This document shows positions 57,039-64,000 of a stretch of DNA of 64,000 bases, piece by piece. The notes below the pieces were generated by a model. The model saw only the letters and a program-made list of their open reading frames with translations, did no database searches and was not told where the DNA came from. The position numbers and the translations under genes were made by a program. The stretch comes from an uncultured bacterium (GTDB lineage: Bacteria; Krumholzibacteriota; Krumholzibacteriia; Krumholzibacteriales; Krumholzibacteriaceae): contig CBDUYR010000004.1 in assembly GCA_965371515.1 (NCBI GenBank), positions 1-64,000 of the forward strand, in the 5' to 3' direction. Numbering within the stretch: the first letter of the stretch is position 1; every line of letters starts with the position of its first letter.

Positions 57039-58190
57039 ATGAATGAATCAATCCGGCTCGATTCCCTGAGCACTATTTCCGACAACAGGCTGGTCCGGCA
57101 GATCGAATCTCTCCGGGGCAAGGAACGAAAGGTCCTCGCGGGAGTCCTTCGCCACCTTATCGAAATCGAGCGCAGAAGACTCTATCTGCCGAGGGGCTAC
57201 TCCTCGCTCTTCGAGTTCTGCACTCAGCATCTGAAATACTCCAGGTCCGCAGCGGGACGGAGGATCGCCGCCGTGCGAGCACTCGCAAAGTTCCCTTCTC
57301 TCGAAGGATATATCCTGAAAGGAGAGATCAATCTTTATGCCCTTTCGCTCATATCCGGGATCCTGACCGAAGATAACTTTGCCCAGGTAATCTCAGGGAT
57401 CAGAAACAGGTCGACCCGTGCCGTCGAAGCCCTGGTCGCAGGGTACAGGCCCGGCAGGAATTTCCGGGACCGGGTGAGGCCGGTATGTGTCATGGTACCG
57501 GAACCCGGCAATAAGATGGAAAACAGAAACGGAGGACAAAATACCGAAAGAGCATCAGGCGGAAGTCCAGGTGGGTCCGGCAGTCCGGTCAATACCAGTT
57601 CTGCTCCCGGCGCCGGGAGTGAAAAATTCCCCGATGCCGCAGCGAAAAGGCCCGGAGGGGATACTCTCGAGCGTGTGAGGATCAGCAGAAAGTACAAGTT
57701 CGAGTTCGCCGTGGATACCGAGTTCATGAAGAAATTCAATCGCATGAAGGCCCTGCTCTCCGGCACATATCCGGAAGGAATCAGCTTCGAAAACCTCTTC
57801 ATGCTGCTGATGGACGAATACATCGACCGGCACACACCTGAAGGCAGGGCTGCCAGGAGAGAAAGGCGCCAGGCGTCCAAATCCCTGAGGAATTCCGGAT
57901 CGTCTGAGATCAGCAGTAAACCCGTCACGGGAAACAGGACACGCAGCATTCCGAGGAAGGTCCGGGACGAGGTCTTTCTGCGGGACGGGGGCAAATGTAC
58001 CTTCAAAGGCACGAACGGTCGACGATGTAATTCTACATGGAACCTGCAGATAGATCATATCGTCCCGTTCGCAAGGGGTGGAGATAACTCCCAGGGAAAC
58101 CTGAGGCTTCTGTGCGGGAAACACAATCGCCTCGAGGCCGAACGCGTCTACGGCAGTCCGCACATGGAGAGATTCAAAAAGAAAGAGTGA
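57039..58190 (+). CDS. HNH endonuclease with DUF222-like helical N-terminus
   Basis: RRLYL..GYSSLFEFC..L.YS..AA.RRI; C-terminal RDGGKC..RC..LQIDHIVPFARGG..NLRLLCGKHN. Confidence 0.85.
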   Translation: MNESIRLDSLSTISDNRLVRQIESLRGKERKVLAGVLRHLIEIERRRLYLPRGYSSLFEFCTQHLKYSRSAAGRRIAAVRALAKFPSLEGYILKGEINLYALSLISGILTEDNFAQVISGIRNRSTRAVEALVAGYRPGRNFRDRVRPVCVMVPEPGNKMENRNGGQNTERASGGSPGGSGSPVNTSSAPGAGSEKFPDAAAKRPGGDTLERVRISRKYKFEFAVDTEFMKKFNRMKALLSGTYPEGISFENLFMLLMDEYIDRHTPEGRAARRERRQASKSLRNSGSSEISSKPVTGNRTRSIPRKVRDEVFLRDGGKCTFKGTNGRRCNSTWNLQIDHIVPFARGGDNSQGNLRLLCGKHNRLEAERVYGSPHMERFKKKE

Positions 58191-58216
58191 ATCAATTATT
58201 AATATAAATTACTTAC

Positions 58217-58245
58217 TTGAATTATCATTTATCATGTTCTAGCAT
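58217..58245 (+). promoter_or_regulatory. Sigma70 promoter for the multiheme cytochrome, with a TTATCAT direct repeat in the spacer
   Basis: TTGAAT-17 nt-TAGCAT; very AT-rich upstream. Confidence 0.55.
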
Positions 58246-58298
58246 CTGTAGAAGCCCCGCCGGATCTATCACGCTGCCCTATACGCTGGAGGTCTCAG

Positions 58299-59594
58299 AT
58301 GCATCGTGTCATCCCGGTCCTGATGCTGACGCTGATCGTTTTCTCAGGATGTAATGATGATTCGACGAGTCCCGGCGACGGTGGTTCGACCGTTACCGGC
58401 GAGTATGTCGTGTTTGCGTGGAACGATCTAGGAATGCACTGCCTCAACGACACGTACGAGCAGGCGGTCATCCTTCCCCCCTATAACACGGTCTGGGCGC
58501 AGGTCATCCAGAGAGGCGATCCTCCCAGAATCGTCACTGCCGGCCTTGCAGTCGAATACTCCCTCGTGAACAACACCTTCTCCTATGGCAAGAATGAGTA
58601 CGGGGGATTCTGGGACAATGCCGACCAGCTCTTCCGCTTCATTCCCGGATTCACCGCTCCCGCGAACAACATCGGTCTGACGGGAACGGGCCTCTCCGGT
58701 CATATGGAACCTGCTTCCGACCATTTTGTCGCCGAGGGAATACCGCTTGTTCCGGTCGATGATTCCTTTGAATATGACCCCTACCAGATAGCGATCATCA
58801 CCGTAAAAAACAGCGAAGGAAAGGTGCTCGCCTCGACCAGAGCGACCGCTCCCGTATCGGACGAGATGAACTGTGCCAGCTGTCACGGGGCAAACGCATG
58901 GACCGACGCCATCGCCGACCATGACCGCCTTCACATGACGAGCCTCGCGGATTCAGTACCCTTCCTCTGCGCTTCCTGCCACGGGAGCCCCGCGCTGGGT
59001 ACGGTCGGTCCCGGCAGTGCCGGCATCTACCTCTCTGAAGCTATCCACGGAGCGCATGCATCGAGAGAAGCCGCATGCTACGACTGCCATCCCGGCGAGA
59101 TAACCAAATGCATGAGAAGCGAGAAACACACGGCGGCCGACGGTAACTGCGAGACCTGCCACGGCGATCTGACCCAGGTCGCGTCCTCTATTACCGGGGG
59201 AAGGGTCCCCTGGGCCGACGAACCGTCATGCGGCTCGTGCCACACCGGCGTGCCTGGAATGGAACCGTCGGGTACTCTCTTCCGCAATGCCACCGGTCAT
59301 GGATCGGTCAACTGCGCCGCATGCCATCACTCGCCGCACGCGATGTACCCGTCGATGCTGATGGCCGACAACTATCAGCCGATCGAGTACCAGGGCGGAC
59401 CAAAGACGATGGGAAGCTGCGGAGTATGCCACAGCGATTCGAGAGGTGAGATCGAGGACATCCACGAGTTCGACGAGGAACATGGCGGAGCGGATCCCGA
59501 CCGGACCATAAGCTGTCACGTTTGCCACACGGTGGTAAGAGATAATACGATGAGCTGGCCGCACGAGTGGAAGTGGAACAACAGCAACGACTGA
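58299..59594 (+). CDS. Octaheme c-type cytochrome lipoprotein
   Basis: Lipobox FSG-C; 8 CxxCH (CASCH x2, CYDCH, CETCH, CGSCH, CAACH, CGVCH, CHVCH); N-terminal WNDLGMHC domain. Confidence 0.9.
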   Translation: MHRVIPVLMLTLIVFSGCNDDSTSPGDGGSTVTGEYVVFAWNDLGMHCLNDTYEQAVILPPYNTVWAQVIQRGDPPRIVTAGLAVEYSLVNNTFSYGKNEYGGFWDNADQLFRFIPGFTAPANNIGLTGTGLSGHMEPASDHFVAEGIPLVPVDDSFEYDPYQIAIITVKNSEGKVLASTRATAPVSDEMNCASCHGANAWTDAIADHDRLHMTSLADSVPFLCASCHGSPALGTVGPGSAGIYLSEAIHGAHASREAACYDCHPGEITKCMRSEKHTAADGNCETCHGDLTQVASSITGGRVPWADEPSCGSCHTGVPGMEPSGTLFRNATGHGSVNCAACHHSPHAMYPSMLMADNYQPIEYQGGPKTMGSCGVCHSDSRGEIEDIHEFDEEHGGADPDRTISCHVCHTVVRDNTMSWPHEWKWNNSND

Positions 59595-59640
59595 TCATTA
59601 TCCTGTCGCGACATGGACAGTTTCGGCAGATCGAGGCATA

Positions 59641-59671
59641 AATAAAAGGGCCGTCCGATCGGGCGGCCCTT
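59641..59671 (-). terminator. Intrinsic terminator between the convergent cytochrome gene and por operon
   Basis: AAGGGCCGTCC-gatc-GGGCGGCCCTT inverted repeat; TTTTATT tail on the minus strand. Confidence 0.8.
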
Positions 59672-59704
59672 CAGTATTACTCATCCGCAGGTTCGTCAGA
59701 CCGG

Positions 59705-60610
59705 TCACTCCATCCCGGGGATGGCTGCCATCATCTTCTCCTTGGCGAGGAGCCGCTGCCACTTCCTCTCGACGTCCTTCTCGATCCCGTCGATCTCCTC
59801 ATCGTTCAGATGCCTGAAACGCCCCTGCGGCTTGAGGTATTCGCGGACCGATGTCGGCTCGAAGTCCTTCCAGACCTCCAGTTTCTCTCCGTTCTCGGTG
59901 ATCTCGAGTATCGGGAAGACACGCGAGGTGACCGCCCTTCTGGCCATCTGGATCGAGAGTTCGGGGGCGAGTTTCCATCCGGTCGGGCAGGGCGCGAAGA
60001 TATGGATGTACCTCGTTCCCTTGATCTCCTTCGCCTTCCTGAACTTTTCGATCACGTCTTCCGGCCAGGCTACCGAGCAGGTAGCGATGTAGGGAATCGA
60101 GTGAGCGGTCATGATATCGATCATGTTCTTCTTCGGCTCTCTCTTGTAATTGTCGACCGGCGTGGTCGTGGTCCACGCCCCGACAGGGGTCGAGGATGAA
60201 CGCTGGATACCGGTGTTCATGTACGCCTCGTTGTCGTAGCAGACGTATATGATATCGTCATTGCGCTCGGCGGCGCCGGAGAGAGCCTGGAGACCGATGT
60301 CATACGTGCCTCCGTCGCCCGCCCAGGCCATCACGGTCGTCTCTTTGTCGCCCCTCATCTCGAGCCCTGCCTTGATGCCGGTGGCAGTCACGGCGGCCGT
60401 CTCGAACGCCGTATGGAATATCGGCAGGTTGACGGCCGAGTGGGGAAACGTTCCATCGATCACAGCCCAGCAGCATGCCGGGATGGTGAGCGCAGTCTTC
60501 GGACCGAGCGCCTTCAGCGCGAATCTCATAGCCTGTGTAGCTCCGCATCCCTGGCAGGCGAGATGCCCGGAGCCCATCAGCTCTTCCATCGGAATACGCG
60601 GCGCTTTCAT
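59705..60610 (-). CDS. porB: 2-oxoacid:acceptor oxidoreductase beta subunit (TPP-binding)
   Basis: GHLACQGCG, GDGGTYDIG, DNEAYMNTGIQRS, PCPTGW. Confidence 0.9.
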   Translation of the reverse strand: MKAPRIPMEELMGSGHLACQGCGATQAMRFALKALGPKTALTIPACCWAVIDGTFPHSAVNLPIFHTAFETAAVTATGIKAGLEMRGDKETTVMAWAGDGGTYDIGLQALSGAAERNDDIIYVCYDNEAYMNTGIQRSSSTPVGAWTTTTPVDNYKREPKKNMIDIMTAHSIPYIATCSVAWPEDVIEKFRKAKEIKGTRYIHIFAPCPTGWKLAPELSIQMARRAVTSRVFPILEITENGEKLEVWKDFEPTSVREYLKPQGRFRHLNDEEIDGIEKDVERKWQRLLAKEKMMAAIPGME

Positions 60611-61758
60611 ATCTTCACCCCTATCCAGTTGATATATTTTTCCGGCTGCTTATCGCCTATCGCCTTATCGGCGATCTCGCGGATGACCTTCGGTGTGATA
60701 TCGCGGCCACCGAGACCTGCGATGTAACCGATGATAGGTATGTCCGTGCGGCCATACAGTGCACTCTTTATCTCCTGATAAAATATGCCGTGCGCGCCGA
60801 AAGAGATGTTCCGGTCGATCACGGCGACCTTCTTCGCCTTCGAGAGCACATCGAAGACCTCCTCTATCGGGAAGGGCCTGAAGACCCTTATCTTCAGCGA
60901 CCCGATCTTTACTCCCTCGTCGCGGAGCTCGTCGATGACGACCCTCGTCGTCGAGGCTACGGTGCCGGAAGTCACTAATATGGTCTCAGCGTCGTCACAG
61001 CGATAGGGCTCGATCAGCCCGTAGCTGCGGCCGAACTTATCTTCGAATTCCTTGTTGACTCTCTTGACCACCTCGAGGCCCCTGTCCATCGCCATCTGGA
61101 TCATATAGCGCAGCTCCATGTAGTAATCGGGCCCGGCGAGGTTGCCGAAAGAATGCTGGTCGGCTGTATCGATCTTTATCTCGGGCTCGTACGGAGGCAG
61201 GAATTCCCGGACCTGCTCCTTCTCGATAATATCCACGATCTCGAAGGTGTGCGAGAGGAAGAACGCGTCCATGACGATCATCACCGGCATCTGCAGCTCT
61301 TCGGCAATCTTGAACGCCTGGGGGACCGTGTCCTGCACCTCCTGGTTCGACTCGCAATAGATCTGGAGCCAGCCGACATCCCGTTGGCTGAGGGAGTCGT
61401 TCTGATCGGTCCAGATCGACCACGGCGGCCCGACGGCCCTGTTGACATTCGCCAGTACGATAGGGAGCCTTGCTCCGACTGCCCAGTGGAGCATCTCGTG
61501 CATGAGAAGCAGCCCCTGGGAAGATGTAGCCGTAAAGGCCCTCGAACCGGCAGCGGACGCTCCGATGCAGGCGGCCATGGCGCTGTGCTCGGACTCGACC
61601 TTGATGAACTTCGCGTCGATCTCGCCGTTCGCGCACATCTCGGAGAGGAGCTCTACGATATGGGTCTGCGGCGTTATCGGATAGGCCGAAATGACCTTGG
61701 CCTCAGAAGCCCTGACGCCGTAACTCACGGCGTGGTTTCCCATGATGACCTTCTTCAT
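60607..61758 (-). CDS. porA: 2-oxoacid:acceptor oxidoreductase alpha subunit
   Basis: GNHAV, AYPITPQT, ESEHSA, TATSSQG, FRPFP, GLGGRD; ATG 61758 overlaps the upstream stop. Confidence 0.92.
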   Translation of the reverse strand: MKKVIMGNHAVSYGVRASEAKVISAYPITPQTHIVELLSEMCANGEIDAKFIKVESEHSAMAACIGASAAGSRAFTATSSQGLLLMHEMLHWAVGARLPIVLANVNRAVGPPWSIWTDQNDSLSQRDVGWLQIYCESNQEVQDTVPQAFKIAEELQMPVMIVMDAFFLSHTFEIVDIIEKEQVREFLPPYEPEIKIDTADQHSFGNLAGPDYYMELRYMIQMAMDRGLEVVKRVNKEFEDKFGRSYGLIEPYRCDDAETILVTSGTVASTTRVVIDELRDEGVKIGSLKIRVFRPFPIEEVFDVLSKAKKVAVIDRNISFGAHGIFYQEIKSALYGRTDIPIIGYIAGLGGRDITPKVIREIADKAIGDKQPEKYINWIGVKI

Positions 61759-63434
61759 TTTCCCTCCTCCCGGATCGATATGGCGTTGCGCGGGCACTCG
61801 AATACGCAAACGAGACAGCCCTTGCAATAGTCGTAAAGGAATTCGTATTCGTCCTCGTGCCGCGCGATGGCGACGTCGGGACAGTATACCCAGCAGTTAT
61901 CGCAGTAGTTGCATACCCCGCACGAGAAACACCGGTCCGCCTCGGAAGCGAGCAGCTCACCGGTATACCCCGTCTTTATCTCCGTGAATCCCGTCTTCGC
62001 CTCGGCGGCGGAGACCCTCGGAACGAGGTTTCTCTTCGAGCGGGTGAAGTAGTCGGTGTTCATGTCCTCGATGCCGACAGTCTTCGGTTCCTCGACTTCG
62101 GGTTCCGGCTCGCCCTCCAGCATCCTGACAATCCTCTCGGCCGCCTTGCGTCCGGCGGCAATAGCCTCGACTACGCTTGCTGCACCGGTGACCACATCTC
62201 CCCCGGCGAATATTTTCGGATCGGAGGTGATCCCTGTCTCGCCTGAGGTCTTGATCAGGTTCCATTCAGTCTCGACCTTGGATTCAATGCCTTCGAGATC
62301 GGCCTGCTCTCCGATCGCCGTGAAGAGCCTGTCGACCTCCATCTCGATCGTCTCGCCCTCGACCGGCACCGGCCTGCGCCTGCCTGAATCATCGGGCTCA
62401 CCGAGTTCCATCTTCTGGAAGATCACGCGGACGAGCTTTCCGCCCTCGCGAACGAGTTCTTCAGGAGCGGCGAGGAAATGAAACGCCACTCCTTCTTTTT
62501 CCGCTTCTTCGATCTCTTCGGCGATCGCAGGCATCTCGTTTCTCGTACGGCGATAGACGACGGTCACCTCGCTGCCGGAGCGCAGGGCGCACCTGGCAAC
62601 ATCCATCGCGGTGTTTCCGCCGCCGACCACTACGACCTTCGTCCCGGGCTCAACCTTCTCGCCGCTGTTGACCTTGCGGAGAAAATCGAGACCCGGCTCG
62701 ACGCCGTATTCATCCTCGCCGTCCACGCCCAGGCCACGGCTGCTCATCAGTCCCAGGCCGAGGAAGACGGCTTTGTATTCTTTCTCGAGCTGATCCATTG
62801 TAACGTCAGTGCCAACGTTGGCTCCGGACTTCACCTCAATGGGCCCCGAATCCAGGATCTGTTTAATAACTCTGTCGAGGAGTTCGTTGGGGAGCCTGTA
62901 CTCCGGGATGCCCCACCTGAGAACTCCACCGAGGGCCTTGTCCCTCTCGAACAGCGTCACCGGATAACCCTGCCTGGCGAGGTAAAAAGCGCACGAGAGA
63001 CCCGCGGGGCCGCTTCCGACCACGGCCACCTTCTCTTTCTTCGAGGCCTTCGACTTCTCCATCCAGCCGCCGTTCTCGAGTCCCATGTCGCCGAGGGACC
63101 TCTCGATCGCGTTGATGTTGACCGCCTCGTCGTAGTCCTTCCTCGTACACTTGGTCATGCACGGATGGAAACAGACGCGGCCGGTCACGGCGGGCATCGG
63201 GTTGCTTTCTATGATCGTCTTCCATGCCTCCTCGTGCCTGCTCTCCGTGACGAGATAGATATATCTCTGTATGTTCTCGTTCGTGGGGCACCCGAGGATA
63301 CACGGCGATGTCTTGAAATCGTACAGCGGCCTTACGTTCCGCCACGATCCGGTGAGGTTCCACATCATGGAACTCGACGTCATCGCACGGATCGGCATCT
63401 CTTTGTAACTTTTGAATTCGATCTTCTTGACCAT
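61755..63434 (-). CDS. GltD/NfnB/DsrL-like FAD/NAD(P)H Fe-S oxidoreductase embedded in a PorD (delta, 2x[4Fe-4S]) subunit
   Basis: TGSWRNVRP; CILGCP..GRVCFHPC; GSGPAG; GGGNTAMD, YRR; CNYCDNCWVYCPD..YDYCKGCLVCVFECP. Confidence 0.85.
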   Translation of the reverse strand: MVKKIEFKSYKEMPIRAMTSSSMMWNLTGSWRNVRPLYDFKTSPCILGCPTNENIQRYIYLVTESRHEEAWKTIIESNPMPAVTGRVCFHPCMTKCTRKDYDEAVNINAIERSLGDMGLENGGWMEKSKASKKEKVAVVGSGPAGLSCAFYLARQGYPVTLFERDKALGGVLRWGIPEYRLPNELLDRVIKQILDSGPIEVKSGANVGTDVTMDQLEKEYKAVFLGLGLMSSRGLGVDGEDEYGVEPGLDFLRKVNSGEKVEPGTKVVVVGGGNTAMDVARCALRSGSEVTVVYRRTRNEMPAIAEEIEEAEKEGVAFHFLAAPEELVREGGKLVRVIFQKMELGEPDDSGRRRPVPVEGETIEMEVDRLFTAIGEQADLEGIESKVETEWNLIKTSGETGITSDPKIFAGGDVVTGAASVVEAIAAGRKAAERIVRMLEGEPEPEVEEPKTVGIEDMNTDYFTRSKRNLVPRVSAAEAKTGFTEIKTGYTGELLASEADRCFSCGVCNYCDNCWVYCPDVAIARHEDEYEFLYDYCKGCLVCVFECPRNAISIREEGK

Positions 63435-63460
63435 TTAGCCTCCAGCCTTCAGCCCCATAT

Positions 63461-64000
63461 CTATTTTCCGGAGATGATCTTCACCTCGTTGAAGGCGTCT
63501 TCAGCAGCCTGCATATTAGCTTCCTTCTTGACCGGCACGAAACCGTTGATCGCCGTCTTTACAGCATCGAGTCCTACCAGACCGGTTGCTCCAGCGAATG
63601 CGCCTATGATAGATGTATTTACGATGGGGGCGGCTAGCGATCCGAGCCTGTGGCTCAGCGCTATTTTCGCCGCGTCGATGATAGCAACCTTGAACTTTCC
63701 GGTCAGATTTTCGTCGTCAATATCCACGTTCGAATTGATAACGATCCAGCCCCCCTCCTTCAATCCGTCGGTGATATTGACGGTAGAGAGAAGGACCCGG
63801 TCGAGGACGATGAGATGATCGGGCTCGTAGATCTGGCATCTCTCGCGGATCTCGCCGTCAGAGATGCGTGTGAACGCCATCACGGGAGCGCCCCTGCGCT
63901 CGACGCCGAAAGCCGGAAACGCCTGGACGAACTTCCCTTCGTGGAAGAACGCGTCCGCCAGGATCTCCGAGGCGATCACCGATCCCTGGCCTCCGCGGCC
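63461..64000 (-). CDS. porC: 2-oxoacid:acceptor oxidoreductase gamma subunit (5' end outside the window)
   Basis: GRGGQG, FGVERRGAPV, IYEPD, IVNT. Confidence 0.9.
   Translation of the reverse strand, partial: GRGGQGSVIASEILADAFFHEGKFVQAFPAFGVERRGAPVMAFTRISDGEIRERCQIYEPDHLIVLDRVLLSTVNITDGLKEGGWIVINSNVDIDDENLTGKFKVAIIDAAKIALSHRLGSLAAPIVNTSIIGAFAGATGLVGLDAVKTAINGFVPVKKEANMQAAEDAFNEVKIISGK

Noticed and set aside
57039..58190. HNH protein as an IscB/Cas9-like RNA-guided nuclease
   Set aside because: No RuvC or PLMP motifs, no array, little room for a large guide RNA
1..64000. Selenoproteins by UGA read-through, prompted by selA
   Set aside because: The TGA-ending genes I examined end where their families normally end; no in-frame continuation or SECIS recognised by eye

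Overview
GC-rich bacterial chromosomal segment, almost all on the minus strand and mostly housekeeping. Gene content suggests a diderm anaerobe from a poorly studied lineage (inference; taxonomy cannot be assigned here). Left to right: two tandem DUF2723 (GT-C/TMEM260-like) genes with flippase-like, GT4, methyltransferase and metallophosphoesterase genes at the tail of an FMN-riboswitch-led ribD-ribE-ribBA-ribH-nusB operon; ftsY, an inserted lipoprotein, smc, a pseudo-ATPase-TM-SPOR protein and selA; a divergent two-domain amidase and TonB; an LpoA-like lipoprotein, gamma-CA, DUF151, PPIase, manC and manB; rplI-rpsR-rpsF, pth-rplY-prs-tRNA-Gln-spoVG-ispE; a surface-glycan cluster (DUF362, UbiA, ligase, WecA-CapD fusion, GT4s, gmhA, SLBB exporter); alaS-recX-recA-thpR-cinA-pgpA; mglA-mglB-recR-ybaB-dnaX; a large Alu-containing SRP RNA, 3 tRNAs and tadA; an HNH nuclease and an octaheme cytochrome lipoprotein; and a 2-oxoacid oxidoreductase operon whose delta subunit is split by a GltD-like NAD(P)H flavoprotein. 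No CRISPR array, transposase, integrase or rRNA was seen. Best novelty candidates: the pseudo-BY-kinase/SPOR plus double-amidase envelope module, the PorD::GltD fusion, the WecA-CapD fusion, the GT-C glycosylation cassette, and an apparent ATC start codon for manB. All product calls come from motif recognition by eye, not database searches.
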